This document shows, piece by piece, positions 9,160 through 17,496 of a stretch of DNA of 64,000 nt. The notes under the pieces were generated by a model. It saw only the letters and a program-made list of their open reading frames with translations, made no database searches and was not told where the DNA came from. The position numbers and the translations under genes are program-made. The stretch spans positions 193,511-257,510 of the forward strand of contig JBAZSC010000001.1 of NCBI GenBank assembly GCA_041662665.1, in the 5' to 3' direction. The first letter of the stretch is position 1, and every line of letters begins with the position of its first letter. Origin of the DNA: Patescibacteria group bacterium. Its GTDB lineage: Bacteria; Patescibacteriota; JABMPQ01; JAQVVF01.

Positions 9160-10578
9160 ATGGCGAAAGCACAAAAAACAGGCAAGTTTTTGGGAGTCTT
9201 TGCATTAGCAATGATCAATGTCTCATTAATTTGCAGTCTTAGAGGTCTACCAACAATGGCAGAATATGGTTTAACTGTCATATTTTTCCTTATGGTTTCA
9301 GTAGTCTTCTTTTTAATTCCGGTCTCTTTAGTTTCTGCAGAATTAGCAACTGGCTGGCCAAAAGGCGGTGGAATTTATGTTTGGGTCAGAGAAGCATTTG
9401 GTGAAAAAATGGGTTTTGTGACAATTATTCTACAATGGGTCCAAAATCTAGTTTTTTATCCAACTGCTCTTGCAGCAACTGCCGCAGTAATCGCTTATTT
9501 ATTTGTTAAACCAGAATTAGCTAATAACCAGTATTATACTTTAGCTGTTATTATCATAGTCTATTGGTTATCAGTTTTAATAAATTTGCGCGGCATGAAA
9601 GTTTCTGGAAGATTCACAAGTATTGGAACAATTTTAGGCATAATTTTTCCAGGTGTATTGCTATTTGTTTTGGGTCTAGCTTGGATATTCAGCGGACAAG
9701 ATTTTGCCTTAACAGTTGATTTAGAGGCTTTGATTCCTGATCTTGGCAAAGTTAACAATTTTGTTTTATTAACTGGCATGTTCTTATTTTTCGCTGGTAT
9801 GGAAGTTTCTGGTGTTCATGCAATGGAAGTCAAAAATCCAACCAAAGATTATCCAAAAGCAATTTTTATTGCTGCTTTAATTGTTACAGCAATTTTTCTT
9901 TTTGGTTCATTAGCAATTGCCTTGATTATTCCAACATCAGAATTAAGTTTAACTGCCGGCATAATGCAGACCTATTTAGCAGTTTTAAACAAATTTAATC
10001 TTGGCTGGTTAGTTCCAATCATTGCTCTTCTAGCAGCACCTGGCATGGTTGTTCAAGTTAGCTCATGGATTGTTGGACCAAGTCGAGGTTTATTAGTTAC
10101 TGCTCAAAATGGTGATTTGCCTCCTTTTTTTCAAAAAATGAACAAAAATAAAATGCCAGTTCATATTATGATTGTTCAAGGAATCTTAGTTTCAATAATC
10201 GCTTGTGTGTTTATGCTTATGCCTTCAGTTAGCAGTTCATTCTGGATTCTGACAGCTCTAGCTGCAATTTTATATTTAACAGTTTACATCATAATGTTTG
10301 CTGCAGCCATTAAATTAAAATACAGCCAGCCAAATACAAAACGTGCTTATGAAGTTCCTGGAGGAAAAATCGGTATGTGGATAATTGCTGGCATTGGAAG
10401 TCTCGCTTGTTTATCAGCAATATTTTTTGGCTTTTTCCCGCCATCGCAAATTTCAACTGGCAGTGTCGGTCGTTATGTCGGACTTTTAGTTATCGGTTAT
10501 ATTGTCTTAGGATTCATTCCATTTATTGTTTATGCTTTTAGAAAAAAATCTTGGAAAAAAACAATTAAAATAGACTAA
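9160..10578 (+). CDS. gadC: APC-family amino acid antiporter, glutamate/GABA type
   Basis: About 12 TMs, AELATGWP..GGIYVWV, FAGME, KDYPKA; immediately upstream of glutamate decarboxylase. Confidence 0.85.
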   Translation: MAKAQKTGKFLGVFALAMINVSLICSLRGLPTMAEYGLTVIFFLMVSVVFFLIPVSLVSAELATGWPKGGGIYVWVREAFGEKMGFVTIILQWVQNLVFYPTALAATAAVIAYLFVKPELANNQYYTLAVIIIVYWLSVLINLRGMKVSGRFTSIGTILGIIFPGVLLFVLGLAWIFSGQDFALTVDLEALIPDLGKVNNFVLLTGMFLFFAGMEVSGVHAMEVKNPTKDYPKAIFIAALIVTAIFLFGSLAIALIIPTSELSLTAGIMQTYLAVLNKFNLGWLVPIIALLAAPGMVVQVSSWIVGPSRGLLVTAQNGDLPPFFQKMNKNKMPVHIMIVQGILVSIIACVFMLMPSVSSSFWILTALAAILYLTVYIIMFAAAIKLKYSQPNTKRAYEVPGGKIGMWIIAGIGSLACLSAIFFGFFPPSQISTGSVGRYVGLLVIGYIVLGFIPFIVYAFRKKSWKKTIKID

Positions 10579-10592
10579 TCATTGATTGAAGA

Positions 10593-10660
10593 TATCCGTA
10601 AAATCCGCGTTTTATCCGTATGAATCCGCATACCGCGGATTTAACGGATTGCACGCGGAT
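10593..10660. repeat. Palindromic CGGAT-family element, arms in inside-out order
   Basis: ATCCG x4 then CGGAT x3; 10644-10660 is the exact reverse complement of 59117-59133. Confidence 0.85.
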
Positions 10661-10696
10661 GAACTGAAAACATTTTTACAAGAATAATAAATAATT

Positions 10697-12091
10697 ATGT
10701 TACATAAAAAAAAGAAACAAAGTGAAATTAGCAAAGGCCATTCATCAACTTACAGCCAACGTTATTTTCATGAACCAATTCCAAAATACGAAATTCCAGA
10801 AAAGGAAATGCCTGCAAATGCTGCTTATCAATTAATTCATGATGAATTAAACATGGATGGCAATCCTTCCTTGAATTTAGCGAGCTTTTGTACAACTTGG
10901 ATGGAACCAGAAGCAGATAAATTAATTGCTGAATGCAATAGTAAAAATTTCATTGACCATGATCAATATCCGCAAACCGAAAAAATTCATGAAAGAATGG
11001 TTAATATGATGGCAAGGTTATTTAATAGCCCAGAAGGATCAAATTCAGTTGGCACTGCCACAATTGGTTCGTCAGAAGCAATCATGCTAGGCCTTTTAGC
11101 TCACAAATGGTCTTGGATTAATCGCAGAAAAAAAGAGAAAAAACCATACAACAAACCAAACATTGTTTATGGCGCTGATGTCCATGTTTGTTGGGAAAAA
11201 TTTGCCCGTTATTTTGATGTTGAAGAAAGAATGATTCCAATGGAAAAAGATCGCTTTGTTATTTCGGCAGAGGAGGTTGAGAAAAGAATTGATGAAAATA
11301 CAATTTGCGTTGGCGCAATACTAGGCACAACATTTACTGGACAGCATGATCCAATTGAAGAAATTAATGACTTATTATTAAAAATAAAAAAAGAAAAAGG
11401 CTGGGATATTCCAATCCATGTTGACGGAGCAAGCGGCGGATTTATCGCGCCATTTGTTTATCCGGAATTAAAATGGGATTTCAGATTAGAGCAAGTTAAA
11501 TCAATTAATGTTAGCGGTCATAAATATGGCCTAGTTTATCCAGGCCTTGGCTGGTTAGTTTTTCGCGATGAAAAAGATGTTCCGCAAGACATTGTTTTTA
11601 AAGTTAATTATCTAGGCGGAGACATGCCGACCTACACCTTGAATTTCTCGCGCGGCGGATCAACTGTTATCGCCCAATATTATAATTTCTTGCGTTTAGG
11701 CAGAGAAGGATATACTAGAATAATGAAAAACTGCGTTGACAATGCAAAATATTTATCCGACAAAATGATTAAATCCGGTTATTTTGAATCATTGAATCCT
11801 TCTCAACTTTTGCCAGTAGTTGCTGTTAAATTAAAAAAGAAAGAAAAGTTCACCCTTTATGATTTAGTGGACAAAATTCGTCAACGTGGCTGGATAATTT
11901 CCGCCTATACCTTGCCAAAGAATGCTGAAGACATAGTAATTTTCAGAGTTGTTGTTAGAGAAAACTTGAGCAAAGACATGATTGATATTTTGTTTAACGA
12001 TGTCATGGACGCTTATAAATTCTTGCAAGGAGCTGTCAAAACATTTAGCAAAGGCGTAAAAGCTGAAGATACGACACACAAAATTTGTTAA
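10697..12091 (+). CDS. gadB: Glutamate decarboxylase (PLP-dependent)
   Basis: [34 protein letters not shown] (PLP lysine), TLNFSR. Confidence 0.95.
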   Translation: MLHKKKKQSEISKGHSSTYSQRYFHEPIPKYEIPEKEMPANAAYQLIHDELNMDGNPSLNLASFCTTWMEPEADKLIAECNSKNFIDHDQYPQTEKIHERMVNMMARLFNSPEGSNSVGTATIGSSEAIMLGLLAHKWSWINRRKKEKKPYNKPNIVYGADVHVCWEKFARYFDVEERMIPMEKDRFVISAEEVEKRIDENTICVGAILGTTFTGQHDPIEEINDLLLKIKKEKGWDIPIHVDGASGGFIAPFVYPELKWDFRLEQVKSINVSGHKYGLVYPGLGWLVFRDEKDVPQDIVFKVNYLGGDMPTYTLNFSRGGSTVIAQYYNFLRLGREGYTRIMKNCVDNAKYLSDKMIKSGYFESLNPSQLLPVVAVKLKKKEKFTLYDLVDKIRQRGWIISAYTLPKNAEDIVIFRVVVRENLSKDMIDILFNDVMDAYKFLQGAVKTFSKGVKAEDTTHKIC

Positions 12092-12110
12092 AATAAATAT
12101 TTTTTAAAAC

Positions 12111-12446
12111 ATGGCAAAATCAAAAACAGGGATCACTGTTTTAATAGTGATTATCGTAGCTATCGTAATTGGAGTAATTGTCTGGCACTATTTAGATGTC
12201 AACAAACAAATTAACTCCGTAACGTATACCTGTAATGACAGTAAAACTATTAGTGCAAAATTTTATCAAAGCAAAATCAAATTAACTTTAAGCGACAACC
12301 GCAATTTAACTTTGCCACAAACAAAATCAGCTGATGGAGAACGCTATGCTAACAGAGGAGAAAAAACAATTTTTTGGGGCAAGGGCAATGGTGCGACTTT
12401 AACTGAAAATGGCAAAATTACTTTTGACAAATGCAAAACCAAATAA
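12111..12446 (+). CDS. MliC-family lysozyme inhibitor domain protein, membrane-anchored
   Basis: YTC...LPQTKSADGERY...FWGKG...C motif after an N-terminal TM. Confidence 0.85.
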   Translation: MAKSKTGITVLIVIIVAIVIGVIVWHYLDVNKQINSVTYTCNDSKTISAKFYQSKIKLTLSDNRNLTLPQTKSADGERYANRGEKTIFWGKGNGATLTENGKITFDKCKTK

Positions 12447-12463
12447 TCTAAAATAATTTTATT

Positions 12464-13264
12464 ATGCCAAAACAAAAAACAGAATCTTCAAAAGTTTTAT
12501 TAACATTGCTGATTCTTTTACTAATTATCGGTTTTGGATCATTTATTTATCTCTGGCAACAAGTCAGTTCAGTAAAAAATACCAAATTAACTTTGCTGAC
12601 TGAAGAATATCCGCCGATTACTTATGAAAAAGATGGTAAAATAACAGGTATCGCTACAGAAGTTGTTGAAGAAATCATGAAAAAACTTGATGTTAATTAT
12701 GATATCAAGCTTTTAAAATGGAGCGATGCTTATGCAAAAGCGCTAGATAATCCTAATACAGTTTTGTTCAGCACTGAAAGAACAAAAGAAAGAGAACATT
12801 TATTTAATTGGGTTGGTCCATTAGGAAAAAACACCACTTATTTTTATGCACCAGCAGATTCAACTTTGCAAATTAACAATTTAGCAGATGCCAAAAAAGC
12901 AGGAAATATTGCTACTTGTTCTTCATGGTTTACAGAACAATATTTGAAGGACCAAGGCTTTAATAATTTACAAAGCTCTATTGATCCCAAGAAGAATATT
13001 ACACAATTGATTAACAAAGATGCGGATCTTTCAATTTTTACTGACATGACTGTCGGCAATTTGGCTCAATCTGCAGGCTATTCTCTGACAGACATCAAGC
13101 CAATTTACAAAGTTATGGAAACGCAATTTTACATCGCTATGTCAAAAGGAACATCAACTGCAATAGTTCGCGACTGGCAAAAAGCTTTTGACAAAATAAA
13201 AAATGATGGAACTCTAGCCAAGATTTATCAGCAGTATGTGCCATATATCAACAATCCATATTAG
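12464..13264 (+). CDS. Polar amino-acid-type substrate-binding protein (SBP family 3)
   Basis: TEEYPP, G..TEVV, RTKEREHLFNWVGP, DGTLAKIY; N-terminal TM. Confidence 0.85.
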   Translation: MPKQKTESSKVLLTLLILLLIIGFGSFIYLWQQVSSVKNTKLTLLTEEYPPITYEKDGKITGIATEVVEEIMKKLDVNYDIKLLKWSDAYAKALDNPNTVLFSTERTKEREHLFNWVGPLGKNTTYFYAPADSTLQINNLADAKKAGNIATCSSWFTEQYLKDQGFNNLQSSIDPKKNITQLINKDADLSIFTDMTVGNLAQSAGYSLTDIKPIYKVMETQFYIAMSKGTSTAIVRDWQKAFDKIKNDGTLAKIYQQYVPYINNPY

Positions 13265-13274
13265 AAATTTTTAA

Positions 13275-13310
13275 AAACAAAAACGCCAAGAAATTTTCTG
13301 GCGTTTTTTT
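13275..13310. terminator. Bidirectional intrinsic terminator
   Basis: aaaaacgcca-loop-tggcgttttttt between convergent genes. Confidence 0.8.
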
Positions 13311-13323
13311 ATTATTTAATTAT

Positions 13324-14199
13324 TTATTCAGTATAGCACATCGGCCAAGTTGGATGATCTTTAGTTATCAAGCGCATTATTGAAGCTTGAGCATCAGATG
13401 TGAAATATGATTCTGGGCAAACTCTGCTTCCGCCATATCCAACGCCAAAATCAACATGTGCGCTTTCACCGCCATAAACCAAATTTCCAATCAAATCTCC
13501 TTGCTTTACGAATTGTCCGTCTTGGACAAAAACATTAGCAATCTGCATTTGGCCAATAGCATCATCTTGTGAAAAAGTTTCAAAATTATATGCTGGAGTG
13601 TAGTCTAAATGTTCAATGCCAAAACCAACATGCCAGCCCATTTGTCCAGATTCTTTGGCAGCTGTGTAGTTAGTAATATAGCCATCTGTCACGGCTTGAA
13701 AAGGAATTAAAGTTGCATCAATCATAAAATCAACTCCAGGATGCACAAAACCCCATGGTGCATTTGGAGACAGACTATAAGCTTCTGGAACAGAAAAAAT
13801 TTGGCTTTCATTGACATAAGGAGTTACCAAAGAAAAAGGCATAAAAATAGTTACGGTTTTTTTCTTGCTCTTTATTTTTTTATCATTATATAAATAAGTC
13901 ACTCTAAGATATTTAATGCCAGACGTTAACGAAACTTTTTTGGAATATTTTCCTTTTTTATTTGTTTTTGTTGATGTGAATTTTTTATACTTTCCATTAA
14001 TTTGTTCGGCTTTCTTAATTTTAATCAAAACCTTTGTTTGCACAGGTTTTATTCTGCCATAAATTCGGACTTTTTCACCTTGCGTAATTTCTGTTTTATC
14101 AACATTAATAGTAATTTTTGCCTTGGCTTCTGCTTTAGAAACATGCAGGAAAATAAAACTTAATGGCAGAATGATTGACAAAATAATTATTTTTTTCAT
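13324..14199 (-). CDS. Secreted protein: Lys-rich Ig-like domain plus M23-peptidase-like domain
   Basis: Signal peptide; HPGVDF, AVTDG, VQDGQFVKQGDLIG, AHVDF. Confidence 0.6.
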   Translation of the reverse strand: MKKIIILSIILPLSFIFLHVSKAEAKAKITINVDKTEITQGEKVRIYGRIKPVQTKVLIKIKKAEQINGKYKKFTSTKTNKKGKYSKKVSLTSGIKYLRVTYLYNDKKIKSKKKTVTIFMPFSLVTPYVNESQIFSVPEAYSLSPNAPWGFVHPGVDFMIDATLIPFQAVTDGYITNYTAAKESGQMGWHVGFGIEHLDYTPAYNFETFSQDDAIGQMQIANVFVQDGQFVKQGDLIGNLVYGGESAHVDFGVGYGGSRVCPESYFTSDAQASIMRLITKDHPTWPMCYTE

Positions 14200-14214
14200 T
14201 TATTTTAAACTAAT

Positions 14215-15408
14215 TTATAAAGTATTTCTCACTCCTAACAAAACTGCATCTGCCCGTCGTTGAAGGTTTTTGCGAGAAGCATACTTTAATGCATTAGCGC
14301 TAAATGCAGTCGGATATGAGCCTTCTTGATATTCAATCGTCAATTTTTGTCGTCCATATTTCCAATCTTTAATTTTAAAAATGCCAAAATATTCTCTTGT
14401 GCCGGATTCTTTACTACTGTCTTGGCTGATAATATGAATTTGGCGCTTTTTGTAATTTACTTGGCAAGTTCCATTAATATACCAATTTGCATCACCATTG
14501 CCTTCATCTTCATCATCAGTGCCCAAAACTTTCGTGCCTTTAAAATATTTTGTATTTGCTGTCACAAAAGTCATAATGTCATTTGGATATCCATACTCCC
14601 ATGTTTTCAAGCTGTACCAAACGCCATTGATTTTGTCTTTTTTTCTTTTTGCCAAATTAATTTTATTGGTTAATTTATATTCGTAAGGCTCAAACAATAC
14701 TGATGGATCAACGCCTGTTTGCAAATAAGGTTTTAGTACATATTTTTTGTAAGCTTTGACTAATTTTGTTTTTGCTTTAGGTTTTAAGTAATCATATGGA
14801 GAAACCAAATAGCCTATATTCCTTTTTGTGCTGGATAATAAAGCATAAGGAAAAGTAGCACTAAGAAAACTAATTTTAACACCATCTGTACGGCCATAGT
14901 CCGCCAGTTCAAATTCTGCACTTGATTGATCTGGATCATAACTCATCCCTAAACCAACGTACTGCCCTCGTTTCACTTTTTGTCCTTTAGAAACATAAGG
15001 CGTCATTATTTCCATATGCGTGCCAATCAAATTTTTTCCATAATTAATTTCAATAAAATATTCTCCGCCATTCTCGTAAATATCTTGTACAGTGCCATCC
15101 GCCCAGCTTTTTACAGGCGTACCAGGCTTTAATTCAATCCAAACATGATCAAGTCCTTCAATATGTCCGCCAGCATGCAAGCCGAAACCTACTAAGCCAG
15201 TTTTGTCACTGTAAAAAATATCTTCAATGTTTGCCGGCAAGCTTAATCTAATTGGCGAGGCATTATCTGGCAAAGTGTAGGTCAAACCATCAGTTTCTGG
15301 ATCAGGTTCAGCTATCGTTTCTGCACAAGAATACTGAGTTAGAAAAAAGATTGCGCAAAAAACAATTATACAAAAAAGGAATTTTGATAGTGATTTTTGT
15401 TTGTACAT
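14215..15408 (-). CDS. Secreted M23-peptidase-like protein with basic C-terminal domain
   Basis: Signal peptide; HIEGLDH, GTPVKSWADG, VSKGQKVKRGQ; the final HxH motif appears absent. Confidence 0.55.
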   Translation of the reverse strand: MYKQKSLSKFLFCIIVFCAIFFLTQYSCAETIAEPDPETDGLTYTLPDNASPIRLSLPANIEDIFYSDKTGLVGFGLHAGGHIEGLDHVWIELKPGTPVKSWADGTVQDIYENGGEYFIEINYGKNLIGTHMEIMTPYVSKGQKVKRGQYVGLGMSYDPDQSSAEFELADYGRTDGVKISFLSATFPYALLSSTKRNIGYLVSPYDYLKPKAKTKLVKAYKKYVLKPYLQTGVDPSVLFEPYEYKLTNKINLAKRKKDKINGVWYSLKTWEYGYPNDIMTFVTANTKYFKGTKVLGTDDEDEGNGDANWYINGTCQVNYKKRQIHIISQDSSKESGTREYFGIFKIKDWKYGRQKLTIEYQEGSYPTAFSANALKYASRKNLQRRADAVLLGVRNTL

Positions 15409-15413
15409 ATTTT

Positions 15414-16070
15414 TTATTTATTTTTTTTAAATATTTTTTGCGAAAGATTAATTGCCGGAAAGGTTCGCCAGTTAAAAGCATAAGAGAGCATCCTGATTAA
15501 AAATATCAAAGCAATGCTCAATATCGCAGAAATTTGCGCGTTTACACTAATATAGGAAGTCAAAATAGCAAAAAGTATTATTCCAACTAAAGAAGCAGTA
15601 ATGTAATATTGGCCAGGCTTTAAAAGCAATGGCTCGCTTTTGGTAAAAATATCGCGCAAAAAACCTCCGCTAACTGCTCCAACCATTCCAATTAAAACTG
15701 CTGCCAAAATATTCAAATCATTTTTCAATGCCATTTGCGTAGAAATAATTGCAAACAATCCCAAGCCCAATGCATCAATAATTATAAAAACTAAATTTAT
15801 TTTCTTAATATAATAAATAAAAATTGGCGTAATTATTGTTGCCACTAAAATTGAAGCAAGATACTGCCAATCTTCAATAATTACCGGCATTTGCGATAAA
15901 AAAACGCCATCTCTAATGATCGCGCCGCTTGCACCAGTAATAAATGCTAAGACAAAAACTCCAGAAAAATCATATTTTTTTTCAGAAGCAACCATTGCTC
16001 CAGTAATTGCTAATAAAAATACAGCAATGACTTCAAAATATAACGGTAATTCAAATTGGCCAATTAGCAT
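15414..16070 (-). CDS. Trimeric intracellular cation channel (TRIC/UPF0126) family protein
   Basis: Duplicated motifs AITGA...GAIIRD and IDALGLG...GGFLRD. Confidence 0.88.
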   Translation of the reverse strand: MLIGQFELPLYFEVIAVFLLAITGAMVASEKKYDFSGVFVLAFITGASGAIIRDGVFLSQMPVIIEDWQYLASILVATIITPIFIYYIKKINLVFIIIDALGLGLFAIISTQMALKNDLNILAAVLIGMVGAVSGGFLRDIFTKSEPLLLKPGQYYITASLVGIILFAILTSYISVNAQISAILSIALIFLIRMLSYAFNWRTFPAINLSQKIFKKNK

Positions 16071-16533
16071 ATTTTTTTGTTTTTATTTTTGATTTGTTTT
16101 TCAATCTTTTTGATTCATACTCCGATATTGTAGAGTCTAATATTTTATTAATATCAGCAGGGAATTTTTCTAATTCTTCAATCGTAGGTTTACCTTTTTT
16201 AATGTTTGATAAAACCCAAAAACCCATATTTATCGAATCAAATTTTTTATTATTCTGTCTAAATTTAGTAAAATTGCTAACCAATGTTTTTAAACCACCG
16301 ATGTTTGATACTGATTCTATTAATTCGTTATGCTCATTGGGATAGACTTCCTTTCTAGATAGGGCATATCCTAGTCCAGCCGATGTTATATATAAAATCC
16401 ATTCTTCTCTGGGTTTATCATATTTTTCTAAATATTTTTTTACAAAAGAATATTTTTGTATAAAAGGTTCGTAAGAAAAATAAGCTACTCGCGTAATTTC
16501 CTTTACAAAGCTTGATGTTTCTTGTTTTGCCAT
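16051..16533 (-). CDS. Hypothetical protein downstream of tRNA-Ser
   Basis: 160 aa ORF, no recognised motif. Confidence 0.55.
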   Translation of the reverse strand: MAKQETSSFVKEITRVAYFSYEPFIQKYSFVKKYLEKYDKPREEWILYITSAGLGYALSRKEVYPNEHNELIESVSNIGGLKTLVSNFTKFRQNNKKFDSINMGFWVLSNIKKGKPTIEELEKFPADINKILDSTISEYESKRLKNKSKIKTKKYANWPI

Positions 16534-16580
16534 ACTGTAGATGTATAAACTTCACTTGATAAAGCTTCGGCGGGCAAAGA

Positions 16581-16666
16581 CGGAGAGGGTGGGATTCGAA
16601 CCCACGAGCCCCAATAAAGGAGCGGAGTTTAGCAAACTCCTTCCATAGCCACTAGGAGACCTCTCC
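16581..16666 (-). tRNA. tRNA-Ser (anticodon GCT)
   Basis: GGAGAGG/CCTCTCC acceptor, GGAGT-TTGCTAA-ACTCC anticodon arm, long variable arm, GTGGG-TTCGAAT-CCCAC, G discriminator. Confidence 0.95.
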
Positions 16667-16748
16667 ATATGAATTAAAAATAACTAAATTACAAATAACT
16701 AAATTTCTTTTTTATATTATCTTATTTCTAGCTTAAAATCAAGCCCAT

Positions 16749-17456
16749 CTATTTTCCTCTCGCCAAAACCAATCCCCAAATTTCGGAAGGGCCAAAATCA
16801 TAAAAAGATTTAGCGCATTCTTCTAATGTAGCTGAAGTCGTGCAAACATCATCAACCAAAATTATTTTTTTATTTTTAATGAATTCTGGCTTATCGCAAA
16901 AAAATGCGCCTTTGATATTTTTTCGCCGATAAATTGGATTTAAGCTCATTTGCGATTTTGTTTTTTTAGTTCTAGATAAAACATCATTTAAATAAATCAA
17001 TTTAAAATATTTTGCTACTTCAATACATAAAAGTTCGGATTGATTAAAACCTCTTTCTCTTAATCTATTTTTATGCAAAGGAATTGGCAAAATTATAAAT
17101 TCATGATCAATTTTTTCTTTAAATATAGTTTTCTTCAATCCAAAAATCAAAATTTTTGACAATGGTTTAGACAAATCCTGAATATATTTATATTTCAAAG
17201 TATGAATTGCTTTTTGTAGCAGATCATTTTCATAAGTTGCTGAAACAATAATGCCATTTAGTCTTGAAGTCTTTTCACAGTCTTTGCAAAAATTTCCAAG
17301 CTTTGTTGTTTTATGGCATTTTGGACAATCTTGTTTTTCATTTAATTCAATATCCAAAAAACAATGGTCGCACAAAAATTTACCCTCATCACCACAGGAA
17401 ATACATTCAATAGGGAATAGTATATCTAAGCAAAAATTTTTAATTTGTTTTAGCAA
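16749..17456 (-). CDS. comF: ComF family competence protein (double zinc ribbon + PRTase)
   Basis: CxxC pairs, PIPLH..RLRERGFNQS, LVDDVCTT. Confidence 0.92.
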   Translation of the reverse strand: MLKQIKNFCLDILFPIECISCGDEGKFLCDHCFLDIELNEKQDCPKCHKTTKLGNFCKDCEKTSRLNGIIVSATYENDLLQKAIHTLKYKYIQDLSKPLSKILIFGLKKTIFKEKIDHEFIILPIPLHKNRLRERGFNQSELLCIEVAKYFKLIYLNDVLSRTKKTKSQMSLNPIYRRKNIKGAFFCDKPEFIKNKKIILVDDVCTTSATLEECAKSFYDFGPSEIWGLVLARGK

Positions 17457-17496
17457 AACTTTATAAACTTTAAAAACTTTATGAACTTTATAACTT
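17455..17496. repeat. Solo arm of the AACTTTAT repeat family
   Basis: aacttta x4-5 spanning the clpC stop and comF start. Confidence 0.85.
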
